Assembly: GCA_054600435.1 (NCBI GenBank)
Contig: BAAIJX010000002.1
Location: forward strand, 868,001-932,000
Source: Neophaeotheca triangularis
Taxonomy: Eukaryota
Length of the DNA stretch: 64,000 nucleotides
Direction of reading: 5' to 3'
Positions 43,098 to 57,400 of the stretch are shown here, in pieces. Each line of letters begins with the position of its first letter. Positions within the stretch are counted from its first letter, which is position 1. A program made the translations under genes and the position numbers. A model generated the notes under the pieces. The model saw only the letters and a program-made list of their open reading frames with translations. It was not told the origin of the DNA and made no database searches.

Positions 43098-43590
43098 TGA
43101 GCTGCTTTCTGGTGGGAAGTCCAACGGATCTTATGTTGTCTGGTTTCCTTTACGCCATGTCGTGCTGCATCAACTTGAATCAGCCATTGTTTTGCTGCTA
43201 GTGAGCGCCGATGCCTGCTGGGGGATGTGGAAGATTTTTTACATGGTCTGCTGATACTAGACTGTAGAACTTACTGACTGCCGCGGTGGGCGGTGTTGTT
43301 TGGTAAGGCTCTGCAGATGAAAACTTCCACTTCGGACCGTTTTGTAGGCTGTCAGCTAAGAGCGATAATCAGATCATCACGTTGTGCAGTAACTTCGTCT
43401 TCTGAACCCTGCACTTTTCGGGCGATAGGGGTAGGATTGAAGCCCACGAGGCAATGGCAGAGATACGAAGACGGCTTTCTCTGCTGCATTGTCAATACTG
43501 CATTCGCTAGAAAATACCAAAGGTACACCCAACCCGGGGCCGCAACTCTGCTATCCACCAATTGCCTCACAAGGCACCGAGCAAACCCCC

Positions 43591-45720
43591 TCAAGCACCC
43601 TCGCCAGCACCAACATTCTTCTTCCGATCATTCGTAAGCGTCACCGCCACGCTATCCGTCATGTTATGCGAAACATCCTTGACGCAAAGACTCGCCACAA
43701 TCGCCACAGCACTGAAAGCCATAGCAGCATAATACATGTTCGAAAAAGCCTCGGCCCACGAATAGCGGATCGTCTCGCGCGCCACCTCGAGAGCTTCCGG
43801 CGAGACGCCAGGCAACTGACCCGCGAGATCCGCGCGGTGCGCTGCCAGTAGGCCGATGAAATCTGGCAGGATGGTTGGGTCGATTCCCAGAGGGATCACG
43901 GCGGCGCCTACGCGCGGCCCCGCGTCGGTTTCCATCGTGTTGGACAGGATGGCGCTGTAGATTGTTATGGCCACGGAGCCGCCGATGGCGCGCAGCGAGC
44001 CCAGCACTAGTGTCGCTAGCCCGATGTGCTCGTCTGGGCAGGACAGTTGGACGCCTACGATTAGCACTGTTAGGCTGCAGCCCATACCTGAAAGGTGGGT
44101 TAGCTGATGGAACTGGTTCGCTTCGAGGCCAAAGCATGTGCGTACCGAACATGGCGAGAAAGCCCATTCCCATTGCCAGCTGGAAGTCGTGCGGGCCAAA
44201 GGTCGTGAACACGGCGTCGGCGGTGAGTTTGATGATGTTGGCGGCCACGAGGATGTGCGGGATCCCAAGCCATTTTGCTCGGCCGATTATCATGGCTCCT
44301 AGGAACCCGCCGACGGCGCCTCCAGTCCCTCCAGGAAGAGCTGAAAGGCCGATCTTGATGGGGTCGTCGACGAACATACCCTGGCATTGTTGCGTCCAGA
44401 AGGCAATGGCTGTGTACAGTGACATGCCGCCTATAAAGGTGATGCCGAGCATGAGGGTCTGCCCGAAAGTGTTAGCCACATGTTGACCAACTTGAGGCGA
44501 AGACCCTGACTCACAAAAGTGCGGAACTTGCCAGAGAACAGCTCGCGGGCGAAGAATGGCTGCTTGGCTCCTTTCCATTCCCAGACACCCAAAGCGACGA
44601 GAGACGCGATACCCAACAGGAAGGGCGCAAGGGTTCCTGCAGACGCCCAGGGAAATTGCGTGCCCCCAAAGGAGAGCCCCATCAAGGTCAGTACGATACC
44701 CGTAGCCATGAGGAAGACCCCGACCCAGTCCAAGCGGAGGAATTGTTGCCACTTCGTCGTGTTGTGGATCCTGGCGCCGCTGGGCTAAGCGGAGGCTGGG
44801 TTAGCACTAGCCACTGCACTTAACAGTTTGGCTGACTTACCGGGAAATACCAGAAGTAGGTGGTAATCATCGTCAGAACGTTGAGCACCACGCCGACGAT
44901 GAAGTTTATTCGGAACGTGAGGCCCCCGCCAGCCACCATTGTGTTCCCGATCAAAGCGCCAAATATCGCCCATGGCACCGTCACGACATCTAGGAAAGCT
45001 TGCACGACTCCTCGATGTTTGTTGGGAACGATTTCCGCGATGGCGGCCAGACTTTGAATGCGGTCAGTCGACTGGCATCAAACTCGGGGCTATAGAGATA
45101 AGCAAGTACTCACGCCAAGTGCTGGGCTCCGGCGCCCACGCCTTTCAAAGCCATGGCTGCAATGACCATGGGCACGTTCTGAGCGGCGAGGGCGATAACA
45201 GTGCCGACTAGAGAGACCACCGTGCCGCCCCTATGTAAAACAGTCGGAGGTCAATGGAGAGCGGGGCGTATAGTTTAGATTCTTGCCAAAAAACTTACAT
45301 GAAAAACCAACGCCTTCCGAAGATGTCGCTCAAACCCCCTGAAAGTGGGTAAGCAACGCTGACAGCCACGGTGTAAGCGCTAAGCATCCAATTGTAATAT
45401 CCAACCGGACCTGTTGACAAAAACGTTATTGCAATGTTCAGCAGCACTGAGCTCGATTTTGATAGCCCGCACTCACCTATCTCAGCATTGATATGATTGA
45501 CAATGGCCGCTGTGCAGGCATTCTGCTGATAGGCAGTGGTGTACGACAAGCAAAGAGCAACGCAAGCAAGCCACTTTGTTTTGTTCATACTACCATCATC
45601 GACGAGAGTACTCTCCTTCTCGCCATTCTCTTCCTCAGAAGTGGCGATGGGAATTTGTTTGGTGTCGTTGTCGATGTGCTCGACGTGTTGAGACGATTCT
45701 TTCTCTTCGGTCGAAGTCAT
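43591..45720 (-). CDS. TRI12-like 14-TM MFS transporter (multi-exon)
   Basis: GLSDIFGRRWF, DWVGVFLMATG, GLSFGGTQFPW and HIGLAT...RAIGGSVAITIY motifs; several GT-AG introns. Confidence 0.85.
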
Positions 45721-47036
45721 CTTTACGTATCGATCCCAGTCACAAACAGCGTCGTGGTGTTTTAAAACGGAGAGGTCCGATGCATTGGAGGAGGTATCGC
45801 TGCCTTTAGTATCACCGTCGTGTTGCTGCCTCACTGTCCACAATGCGTTGCCAAGGTCGACGGGCAGCGGTACATGCACTTAGTAGCTCTTTCCATACGC
45901 TGTTGTGCTCGTGGCAAACCTCATGTCGTTCTTATTCCCTTTAGTCCCACCAGTGAGACCCTACTTCACGTACCCCAGCTAATGGCCATGCACTCCCCAG
46001 ATTCACACCCGCTCTGGAAATGCGGGGAACCATTGGCATGAATAAACCTGCACGACAGCTAGAGCTCCAGAGCTTCTTGAGCTGCCTTTGACGAGCGCGC
46101 GCGAGTCAATACCCTCTCGATGTTGCAGCAATACTTCTCGCAAGTACACCTCCCCACCACCAGTAAGAACAACATGTCGCATTCAGCATCCGAGGCTGTA
46201 CCATGCTCGCGGCTCGAATACCATGGCCTCGTGCGCTCTCGACTACCCTGCCTACGTCCCCTTGCCATCTTTGCATCTGACGTGTAGAGCCGCCGAGCCA
46301 AAAACGCTCGCCTCTGGGTTGAGCTTCGCATGCCACAAGTGCGCCCTCTCCCCTACCTCGCGACATCTCGCAGGGTACGCACAGCTCCTTTTCCGGCGTC
46401 CGTTTTGTGCACGTATTCCCACGACTTAGGCCCCGACAAGCCCCCAGAAGGGATCGCCGCTGTGCTTATGCTCGCCACAAACGGAAAGCCAGCTCTTCAG
46501 CGCGGGAACGCTTGACAGCTGGGCTGGCACACTGATGCAATGCTTTGGGGCACATTAGGTGGCCTCGGGTTATCCGTAGAAGTATTCATGCTGGCACGAG
46601 ACAGAGCTCGAGGCTCCGACGGGATGGCTCCCTCAGCTGGCTCTATATTGCGGAGAGCGCATCTGGAAGGCTTGCTTGAGCTCGAAGTGATCAGCACTTG
46701 ATCCTACGGGATGTGAGAACGCAGGGCAGATGCTCAGAGAGCCGACATCTGCCAATTGAAAATAGTCTCGAGGAAAACGTACCGGGGATGCCGTTTTGCA
46801 AGCGCTTGCCATGGTTAGTCTGCGTTTCGATGACTCTGGTGGCTGATAGTCAATGGACTCCATTCCAAGGTCGATGAACGCTCCCTTCGCTTTGCTTTAG
46901 CCTCGGTTATTACTGTCGCAAGAGACATATAAACAAAACCGGGTGCATCCTGGCAGGCTTTTAAGAGAGGATGCTTGATCGCCGCGTAGCTAGAACTGAG
47001 CTCTTGTCACAACACCTCAGCTCGCCTACCTCGACC

Positions 47037-48080
47037 ATGTCGACCACGACCACGGAAGCAGTCCGGCAACAGACAGGCGTAGATATCAAGCCGGATGGAC
47101 GTCGAGACCTTGCCACACAAATCCTACATGCAGATGAAGAGGCCTACGCCAAGCAGCTGGAGCCCCGTGGCGGCAAGGAAGACATGTGGCAAGGTGGTGA
47201 TGTCTACTACCCCAACCCTCCTAAGATGCCAGTCGACATCATTGTCGGGGACCTCACGGGCCGCGAAGCAGAGTTCTCTCTGGGGCAGAATGGGTTTTGC
47301 CTTGCTCGTCAAACGACAGAAGTGATGAAAACCACCGCGGATCTCCAAGACACGCAGAAGATCAAAGTTCGCTACTATCCAGAGATGCGGCAATGGCTGC
47401 AGCAGCTGTCAGTGATGTTACCATGAAATAAGTCGTATGCGTGCTTACAGCACTCAGGACAGGTGCTCCGATCGTCAAGATCATCCACCACGGCTCACGA
47501 GTGAGCACGAGCTCCCACAGCGTCAACAGCATTAAAAAAGAGAACATCGCCAAAGAGTCCAGACCCGCTCCCGCCGTTTTTGGCGCGCACCTCGATCAAT
47601 CTAGTTGGCAGGGTTTCAACGTCGTGCACAAGTTCTTCGGCGACGAGTGCGAGACACTGCTCCATGGCCGTTGCATGATAGTCAACGTGCGCAGTCCCAA
47701 CACCCCTTTCATCAACAGAGCTGACTCGCCGAACCCAGGCCTGGCGCCCGATCAAGCCAGTCTACAAACACCCCTTCGGCATCGCGGACGCCTCGACGAT
47801 CCCACCAGCCGACCTGGTGCTGCGTCCAAACCGCTGGGTCAACGAGATCCGAGAGTCGATGGGCCTTCGCCCCAACCCGAGTGTGCACAAGTGGTACTAC
47901 AAGTTCGCACAAAAAGCGGACGAGGTGCTCGTGTTCAAGCAGTTTGACAATTTTGGGCATGCAAGAGCATGTCCGCATTCGGCTTTTATCGACCAAGAGT
48001 TTGAGAGTGCGGAGCCTCGGGAGAGTATTGAGGTGAGGGCCATTCTGCTCTGGCCAGATGCGCAGGAGGTTCAGGGGTGA
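47037..48080 (+). CDS. AsaB/CmcJ/GA4-desaturase-like oxygenase (two introns)
   Basis: FSLGQNGF, YYPE, AHLDQS, NxWRP, KWYY, EVLVFKQFD, CPHSAF and RESIEVRA motifs; introns at ~47408-47450 and ~47687-47738. Confidence 0.85.
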
Positions 48081-48795
48081 GGTAATGAGGTGGGCTTCAG
48101 GAATGCTCTGATTAGTTACGGTGTGCGCGATAAGGTGCTTAAGGAACGCCCTCGATTTCATGGCGTGTTGCCGGCATTGATATTGTAAGATTGTTTTCAT
48201 TGCTTTTATCAGGCCAGAAAATGGGTTTCTCGTTAGCTTGGCAAGATACTCGTGACTCTTGAGCGATAGGATTGAGATTGGAGGAAATCAAGGGCTTTAA
48301 TCTGGCCCTTGAGAGGTGCAGAATCGAGCTCGTCTCGACCATTAATTATAGTCAGCATTCTTCGTTCTGTTTTACCGAGTTGTCTAGATGTTTGCGGCCT
48401 GACCAAGCCTTGAGTGTAGTAAACGCCAGCTCTCAGTTCTACGCTACTCATCTATCCAAGGTCAGCAGCCGTACGATCTCAGCGGAGGACTTCGTGACCG
48501 CTCGGGGCGGATTTCGTGGCAGATTTCGTTATTTAGCTACCATAGAAAGTCGGTCCGCGAGTCCCAAACGGCGGTGCCCAGCTCGTAATTGGCTTTTGTT
48601 TGACTGAAAGGGAGGTCTGAGGGTCACCTCCCAATAGAGGTACTAGTCCACAGTCACAAGCTTCAAGGTCTTTTTGGTTGCACCTGCTTTCCAAACGAGC
48701 GGCGTGTTCTAGCAGCGTCTTGTTTGAGGCGCAGGCTTCATGATACTCAGCATGGGACAAGCTCGCTCCTATCTCGGGAGATCGGAAACGGTGCA

Positions 48796-50265
48796 TCATG
48801 TTCCTGCTCTCCTAGTCGTGCTGTTGCCGGCATTCGAAGCGTCACTGCCGGACGCAGCGGCTGCGGTGGTCTTGACGCCGCCATTTGCATGCCCGTGGTC
48901 GTGGTCAACGCGATGGTGTTCCGCCTCCTCTACCTCACTCCCACTACCCTTCTCAATAAACATATCCTCAAAAGCATTTTCCGACTTGCTATCAGGCACA
49001 ATCCTGACGCTCAACTTCTTCACGCCCTTGACACTGCTGCCAACAGTCTCCCGAATCTCGTTCTTCAACTCTTCACCCTTCCCAACGCTCCAGCTTTCAG
49101 GCACAGAAACTTCGACCTCAACGAGAAAGTTCTGCCCGCTCTTGATTCCTTGCACACCCCTGACAGCCCCATTACCACTAGCCGCTCTCTTGCCGACAAT
49201 CCCCTCCGTGACCTTGCGCACGTTCTCACGGATGTCCTCATCCATCCCCACATCCGCCAACTCCAACAGCGCCGCCCTCGTGTTTCCCCACCCAGCCTGC
49301 ACAATCATACCACTAATCATCAACCCACCCACGGGGTCCAACCATGCCGCACCCTCAAGGAACTTACTCGCCAAGATGGTCGTCAGCGCCACAAAAGCCG
49401 TCAAGCTATCAACCCTGTGATGGTACGCATTGCTGGCGAGCACCGAACTCCGCTTCTCCTGCGCGATCTTGTTGGTACGCCTGTATAGCCACTCTTTCAC
49501 GATGATAGATCCGCCTGCCAGCCACGCAGCATTGATGTCCGGGCCTGTAAATCCTTCAACACCGTGGGAGTGGTCGTGGCCGTGGCTGTGGCTATGACCG
49601 AGAAAGGAGAGATGGGAGAGGAGGTCTGCAAGCCAAGGAGCGAATTGCATGGCCAGCGCTGTCAGGGCTTGTACTCCTATGCCTATGCCGCCCATGAGAA
49701 GTAGAGTTGAGACGCCCAAGGCGCCCAGGGACTCGATCTTGCCGTAGCCTTGAGGGAAACGCTCGGTGGGGCTTTTGAGGGAATACGAGATGGTCGCTAG
49801 CGTTGTAATGTCCGAGACGAGGTCGGTGAGTGCGTGCAATGCGTCTGCTGTTAGTGCTTGGCTGTTGAAGACGTAACCGCCTGCACCTTTGGCTATTGCC
49901 ATGCCAAGGTTCACGTAAAGGCCAATGCGGGTTATGCGCACGCCGGGATCGCTTTTGTTTTTACTTGTGAGATAAGTGTTGTCGTGGTGGTGGTGGTGGT
50001 GATGACCATGGCTATGGCCTGCGTGGGCTCTGGCTTGCTCCTTCGATGCCATTGCCGGTGGTGTGCGTTTGCGGATGCCGTGGGCGATGTGAGACCACTG
50101 GTATGGGGACCTTCTAGGCGTGGTACCGTGGGGAGTGTGAGCGTGTGTTAAAAGGATGCGACGTTGAGTCAAAGCTATTCGTGAAGTGGTCTGTGAAGAA
50201 AGTCTAAAGTAATGTGGCCGTTGGCATGCAAGACTTGACCGCAGTCGAGGCGCTGCGGGATTCAT
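48796..50265 (-). CDS. Mitochondrial cation diffusion facilitator (MMT1/MMT2-like) metal transporter
   Basis: Arg-rich presequence; His-rich HAGHSH; ADALHALTDLVSD, GYGKIESLG, SNAYHHRVDS and WLDPVGG motifs. Confidence 0.92.
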   Translation of the reverse strand: MNPAAPRLRSSLACQRPHYFRLSSQTTSRIALTQRRILLTHAHTPHGTTPRRSPYQWSHIAHGIRKRTPPAMASKEQARAHAGHSHGHHHHHHHDNTYLTSKNKSDPGVRITRIGLYVNLGMAIAKGAGGYVFNSQALTADALHALTDLVSDITTLATISYSLKSPTERFPQGYGKIESLGALGVSTLLLMGGIGIGVQALTALAMQFAPWLADLLSHLSFLGHSHSHGHDHSHGVEGFTGPDINAAWLAGGSIIVKEWLYRRTNKIAQEKRSSVLASNAYHHRVDSLTAFVALTTILASKFLEGAAWLDPVGGLMISGMIVQAGWGNTRAALLELADVGMDEDIRENVRKVTEGIVGKRAASGNGAVRGVQGIKSGQNFLVEVEVSVPESWSVGKGEELKNEIRETVGSSVKGVKKLSVRIVPDSKSENAFEDMFIEKGSGSEVEEAEHHRVDHDHGHANGGVKTTAAAASGSDASNAGNSTTRRAGT

Positions 50266-50768
50266 GTATCGTGTGACGTTGCTGCTGCTGTGCGTTCTGC
50301 GGGAGTTTCCAGTGGTGATGGGGGAAACCTTGATGGTGCTGGTGAGTCTGGCGGGTTCTGTCGGCCTGCGACAACTGGTGATGGATGGGGCAGGCTTCGC
50401 TCATCGAACTGTTGATATTAGGAGGTAGATTGTGGTCTAGGAAAGGTGGAGGTTGGACTCCCGTCTTGCCCGTCCTCACACGCGTGGGCAGACATCAACG
50501 GCAGATTTGAAGTCGCGTGCTCCAGAAATAGAGACTCGGGTGAGAACCGGGGTCGGGTCGGACGAGCTCCGGGGGAAAGACGGCAGTCTCTAGCCACTGT
50601 GGCAGATCGGGAGGGTTAGGGTCGGAGGAGTAAACTTGACCAGCCCAGCATGGCCTCTTTGATTCTCGTTCTCAGTCAGAGTCAACTCATCTCACTCCAG
50701 AGGCTCCTTGCAATTCAAATCAGCAGTGAGCTTTGAACGCGTACCAGACTAAACACACAATCGTTGTT

Positions 50769-51251
50769 ATGGCGGAAAGAACCGTGGAAACCGCCAACAG
50801 GCCCGTGAATCTGCCCAGGGTAGCCATCACATACTGTACCCAATGCCGATGGATGCTTCGGGCGGCCTACTTCGGCCAAGAACTCCTCTCGACCTTCGGG
50901 ACTAGCATCGGCGAAATCGCTCTGATACCGGCCACCGGCGGTCTCTTCCAAGTCCATCTCACTTACAAGCCTGTTACTGAAAGTGGCGATGCCGACGTCA
51001 AGGAAACCTTGCTCTGGGATCGCAAATCTGAGGGTGGTTTCCCAGAAACGAAGGTACTCAAGCAGAGAGTGAGGGACTGCATTGAACCGAGCAAAGGCCT
51101 GGGTCATAGTGATGTCGGTGGCAAGAAGGGAAACGCGGCCGTTGCGAAGGAAGGCGAAACTGCGAGCACTGAAGCAACGCAGAACGAGAGTGCCGACAAC
51201 AGCGATGAGGTGAAAACCAAGACAGGGCAAAACTGCGAAGACTGCAAATGA
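50769..51251 (+). CDS. Rdx (SelT/SelW/SelH) family thioredoxin-like protein
   Basis: ITYCTQCRWMLRAAYFGQELLSTF, LWDRKSEGGFPETK and LGHSD motifs. Confidence 0.93.
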   Translation: MAERTVETANRPVNLPRVAITYCTQCRWMLRAAYFGQELLSTFGTSIGEIALIPATGGLFQVHLTYKPVTESGDADVKETLLWDRKSEGGFPETKVLKQRVRDCIEPSKGLGHSDVGGKKGNAAVAKEGETASTEATQNESADNSDEVKTKTGQNCEDCK

Positions 51252-54200
51252 TGGGTTGGCAGTTCTCGCCGGTCCTGCAGAGTAACGTCGCCGCGAATGG
51301 TGGTAATGGAACCTTCTATCATCTCCGGAGCCCCAACTCGTCCGCACCGAGCGCGTTCGCCACAACAACCATGTAGTCGCATTGATTAATATTTGGTGAT
51401 GGCTCGAAGAAAGCGGCTTCAGCGACTCTTGCCGAGACAGGTCAAGCAAATCCGCCCCAAAGCGGCGTGACAGAATCTCAATTCAATCGACGGTCCTCCC
51501 GTTAGATTTCAGGCATCTCATTCACTACCTGTCATATTGAGCGCAGGAAGAAGGACTCCAGCTGGCATTCCCACGAAAGGAAGACAAGCCGGGTTAGCAT
51601 AGGGAACAATTCGTACTTTTGAATGAAGTCGACGATCAACGCAAGGACGAGTATGATGATCCTCGATAGTACAGTTGGTGGATGTAGCATTCCTACTTGA
51701 AGTAGTCGGTACGAGGCCAAGATAAGATATGTCGTGAATATAGCCCTCCTACTTGAAGTAGCCAACACCAAGCCAAAATGAGATGTCGTGCCTTTCCTTT
51801 CGTAAACGATCCTTCCATACTCCAAAACTCTGTCTGAACATCACCTCACGAGTTCAGGCACCTTTTACCTTCCAAATCCACTAACTACGACAGCAACGAG
51901 GCCATAATGAATGGGACCACGACTGCAGATGCAGACAGACCGCCAACGAGCCAGGACACGGATCTGCCGGCGCATGAATCAGGACATCACCCATACAACG
52001 TGCGGACGGCATGAGGGAGACACCTCGTCCTGAATACTTGCAATAATGCATCAACTGACTCTACCAATCTCCATTCTGTCCCACTAAGACTCATGGTGGT
52101 CGATCTTTCTTCGCGGATCGACTTCCCCGGCCTCGCCAGCAACAAGTGCCTAAATTAACACCAACAGCAGCAGACTACAGTGGCCGAGTACAAGTCTTTT
52201 GCACTCCGTCGAGGGCGATCCTCACTTTACGGGGCTCTCCCCGTCCACGCTACCAACAGTTTCCGACCTTCAACGGTTCAGTCGCGATGTTGCTAACGCC
52301 GCTCCTATGGACTCAACAACCCATCATCGATACGAGACCGAGCACACTGCCGCTTCAGGAAGAAGTCCACTCCACTTTCCCACTGTGGGCCGGGGAGGTA
52401 CCGGAAGGACGTTTAGGCGCTCTTCGCGACGTTAGCAGTCACCGTCTCTCGACGTGAGGTCGATGCCGGCCCTCTTATGATCGAGACCAACCCTCCATGT
52501 CGAGATAACGTGACTGGATCTTACTGCGGGCGTTATGAAGGTGGTAGCCAGTAAGCTGGCCTTGTGGCCTTTTGACCAGGATTGTTGGTATGGTGGCGCT
52601 TGTAGGCGCGGCACGGCTCACCTGTGACGAAAAAGGGTCCATTCCATTCTTGCGGCAGGAGTTGCTCTGGGGAACTGCGAAGCGATGGCCCTTTCCATGG
52701 ATACTGTTGCTCCACGGTCATTTTTGCTCTGGCTCTTCGAAGTTCGAAGTGCAGTTGCTCTGGTTATGCGCTGGCAAAGTGGCGAGCTAGACGTTTGCAC
52801 AGCCACGCTGTACATGGGTGTGTGTGGCAAAATGCCAACACATCGACAAGAAAGAATAGAGCATTAGGGCTTCCCTTGGTCAAAAGGTCATCGTGCCGAA
52901 ACTGACGACTTTAGATCCCAGTTCGACTGAGTCGGGGGTCTGCATCAAGGGGTGGGGTCTGGGCCAGGCATAGGCTGAGGATGTCGTGATTCCGTGAAAT
53001 GGATCCTCGCCTTTTCTTACATTTGAAGACTGATCGAAGCGGAAGACCATGGTTCCCCTGACCCGTGACGGACCGTGATACCGTTACAAAGTCAAACAAA
53101 TGATGGGTTTTTGAAAGGCAACAAGTGGTTGTCAGCTATCCTGGTTCACGCCGGCCCGTAGTAGCCAGCCTGGAACGAGCCGCCATTGCCAATAACTCCA
53201 GAGACCCTGATCTTCAGCTCTCACAAGTTCACAACCCAACGTGATGGCCGACCGGTTGATGGCATGATCCCGAGAAAGCTTCAATAAGGCCAGGCATCTA
53301 CAGGAGCTTTAGCACGTGTTTTTAAGAACGTCGACGAGGCTGTCAGCTGCCTTGGAGCAGTACTCTACACGCCAAGCTGAGATGCCACTCCAGAAGACCG
53401 GCTGCGCACTGTCCTTCAAGCAGCCCTGTCGCATGCAGTATATATGCACTCGGCCGACGAATGATGTCGCCTTTTGCTTCTTCAACACTCTCACTGGCTG
53501 TATCATGCCTACTGTACATTCGTTGCGAAGATGTTGGTCTCGAAATAAAAGTCGGTTCGACAATAGACGTTGATCAGAACGTTTCACAGATACCGCGGCG
53601 GCAGCTCCTAGTTGATTCCTGCGGATGCGCGCTGCCGACACGCCTCTAGGTGGGTGAGTAAGGTACCTTATGTAGTAGGGGGAGGGGGAGTCAGGTCCTT
53701 GCTGTGGTCTTCCCTACATGACCCAAACACAGCCATCACTAAACACTGAACACAACTCGAGGCATCTTCAAAGGTAGTAAGGTACTCAACTTTACAGCTT
53801 GAATTTCCAAGCCACTGGGCGCTAAAGATATCCATCAAATTCAAGGATCAACCCCTCCCAACAGGCGGAAAAGCCGCCTCTCGGCCACGGTACTTGAACG
53901 CCGTCAAGGCCCGCCCGCGCAAACCAAACGGCCCTCCCCCACACCGCCGCATCTCAGCTCGACATCATCCAGGGCAGGCAGAGGCGCGGGCACTTTCAAA
54001 AAAAGTAGCCCACTCTACGCTGTACACGTAGCAGCCTATTTTCTGGTTTCGCCTCAATTCTGTCGCGCATAGTTACAATATACGCTGCCGGCAAGACGCA
54101 GGAAGCAGTTCGGCACCTCCGGCGTCAGTGGCGGTGCACCGGCCGAACCACTTTCACTTACAACGCACGGGACCATGCGACTTTCTAGTCTTCTTTACCG

Positions 54201-54448
54201 TCTTACAAAGGTACGCCGTTACTTTTTGCACCTCACTCTCTCTCATACAGCGATATTTTGTTTCCTACCAGTCGTGGCGCCGGCGCTGATGACAGATCTC
54301 ACAACAGCAACCTTGATTGAAGCTTACGACGAAAGCAATAACCAAATAGCACACGACCTCATGACCATCTCCCGGAAAATCTGGCCGCGCATGCAGATTA
54401 CAGACTTGCTTCGATCACAGCCCAACGATCGTTCCGTTGCCTGGAAGC

Positions 54449-57400
54449 ATGTCTACAACCACCCGTTCGCAGCCCCGGCATGCACCGCAGTCGCAAGATG
54501 AGTCCACGAAAAGCGCACGAAGACCGTCGTCCAGTCGACTGCCTACTAGGACGAGTATCAGTAATACAGAGTCGGAACGGCCGGTGCAGCATGTCTCGAA
54601 ATTGGCAAAACGTACGAGCAAGAGCATGCCTGGTTCAGAGAAGAGCTGGGAACAGTCTGGCGCAAGTCGCATGCCGCAGGCATCGATGACAGCAGGGCAG
54701 CACAACGTTCCGATTGCTTCCAGGGACAATGTCGTAGCACCGTCTCCGGAGCCTCCATCAGCCGCGCATGCTACACAGCCAACATCGCGCCACACCACCC
54801 CTATTCCACCACCGAGTAGCCAGACTCCCTCGCTTGTCTCGGGATCTTCAGCGTCAACGTTCGATAGCCCAAGGTCGAATATGCTACGAAGAAAGCCAAC
54901 ACTGGAAGAGCAGGCTGCTCGTTCGCAGACAGGAACGCCAAGTATGCGAAAAGGCCGAGTTATGAAGCAAAGTAGGAAGGAGGGTCAGGACGAGGTTTTC
55001 GAGGATTCCATCCTGGGCATTACGATGCCACCAACTACCACATACGACGACAACCGTCTCAACGTCTCAACGAAGGCAGAGTCCCACACAGGCAATAGCT
55101 CATATTACGCACGCTATCGCACGAACACAGTTACGCCGCCCACCACATTTGGCTACGCGGCATCAGCAACCCCATCGACTCGCTATACCGACTCACCCTT
55201 CAGCCATGTTCCGACTCCCAGTTCTGTTTCCTCTTACTCTCCGAGTGTTGCAGCTGTTAGCAGCAGCACTCCACAACCGCATCAGAGCCCTCCAACTGTC
55301 CAGGAACCTCCAATAGCTGGTAGACTACCAGGCAAGAATGTCAAATCGCGACTAGATCTGCCTCCCGTTCGCGAGAATTCCACTTCTTCATCCGGATCAA
55401 CGATCAAGCGTGGCGATCGCACAACGGCAACGAACCGAAAGAGCAGTGTTCAGAACGTCCAACAGCCAGCACCAGCATCGATACAAACGCAGACCAATCG
55501 AAAGCCTTCAGCCACCCGCAAAGGCCTTCCAGCCCACAACACCGGTAATTCAAAAGCGGAACAGCCCGTCAATCGCCTCCCTCAGCAGATTCCACCAGAG
55601 CTTGCGCATCTCAATGTCGATCCACCCCCACAAGCCTCCCTTGACAAGCCGCTACCTCCGCGAAGACCTAGTCGAGATGGCACGCCCAGCTTGCCAGATC
55701 TACGGGATCCGTCAAATGTTGTTCAGAGTGATTTGCCGCGTCTCTACACTACTTACCACAAGCGAAACTCATCACAGGAAACTCCCAACTCAGCAACCTC
55801 ACCGAAGCCTAAGTCGCGTTTTGGTTTTTCCACTAGGTCTTCTTCGAGGGAAGCATCGCCGCGCATCGACTCTGCGGTTCCGCCTCCTTCACCTGCCAGC
55901 CACTTCACGCGCGACCCCACGTCAGAACCAAAGGAGCCGGCGCGACCACGTCTGTTGAGGAAAGACTCACCCGTCATTGGCCCGGCGCCGAATCCGAGCA
56001 AGTCTCCACGTTTCGGACTGTTCTCACGTAAAACCCCAAAGGAATTCACGAAACCTGAAAAGCCAAAACGCGAGAAGAAGAAAGGGCCTGCGGCCGGTAC
56101 CGGTCATGAAGGGTACGGAAGATTTGGGTTTCGCGGTCGGAGTGGGAGCATTGCAACCAATTCCACGGTCGTTCGTTCACCAAGTGCGGACAGCAACGGC
56201 ACTAGCTCCTCGTCTCGGCCGCCGGCCAGCAGGTCTGCTAGCAATGCCAGCAACGACCGCGCAGATATGGATGAGTTCCTACGAGAGCGGCTGAACCCTG
56301 TAGTACTTCGGGGAAGCGGCAGCACTGGCATTAGTACCGTTGCATCGAGCCCGGATCATACCAACGACCAGCAACCTCCGTCTTCGACGACGACCCTCGG
56401 TAGCTATACCAAGCCCAAGCTGCTACCTTCTGCCTTGAAGAACAGAGATCGAAGTGGCTCACCATTGAGGCGTGCCGGACCTCCTATTGGGAGCCAAGCG
56501 GACAGCAGTGAAGAAGATACAGCCACCAGGCACCCCACGCTGGCAGCTCGTCGCTCTTACAACCGATTGAACTCAGAGGGTAAGATGCCGTTGCGAATGC
56601 CGCCCCCAATTACCACGAACACGTGGGGGAAAAAGCCGTCGCTCAACAGCTACGATGAGGACGACTCTGCCATCCCACAGACCGATAGTACCTTGCCAGA
56701 TCAGAAGCTCCCCGCCAGAGAACCTTTCGGAGGCAGGGAAGGCATGTGGCTCCGCTCGGGTACTCCCCAACCCAAGCCGCCATCACCGAAAGCTCATAAC
56801 AAATGGAATTTCTTCGAGCGAGCCCACTCATCGCCACGCGACAAGCGAAAGGAGAACTCCATCATAATGAGCGACAAAGAGTGGCGTGCGGCTTACCAAG
56901 CTTCTCGGCCTGCTGGTCGATACCCGATGTTGGATTCTGTCGAGCCTGTAGGCCTTGACGAGGTCGAGCTGATGCTCAACGAGAGCTCAACGTCGGAAGA
57001 GCGATCAGCCTCATCCGACATGGACAGACCTCAGCTGGTTCGATACGATCGCAGGTATTCCGGGCTCTTGCCATCACCGCCCAGACGAGCGACAGAAAAA
57101 TTCTTAAACTCCAAACACTCCCCATCACGGATCGTGGTGCCACAAAAGTCTCAGGAATCTCCGGAGCTGCTGCGAGCTCGCATGGCCGTTTCCCGTCAAG
57201 CTCCTAATGTTGTGGACATCCCACGTTCTCCCAATATATCGGTGGCAGATAGTTCTGCTGGGCGGCAACATCTGATACCCGAACTGTCGCAGGATTTTCA
57301 GCTGCCGCCTGCTCCCCACGCTGTACACACGCCAGAACTACAACAAGGCACCGGCTCGCCCAAGCCATCGCGTCTCTCTCCAGTTGGACGCATTCCTAAC

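Noticed and set aside
50769..51251. Selenoprotein
   Set aside because: The motif is CTQC with no in-frame TGA; an ordinary cysteine homologue.
51500..54170. Many short ORFs
   Set aside because: No recognisable motifs or consistent exon structure; treated as intergenic.
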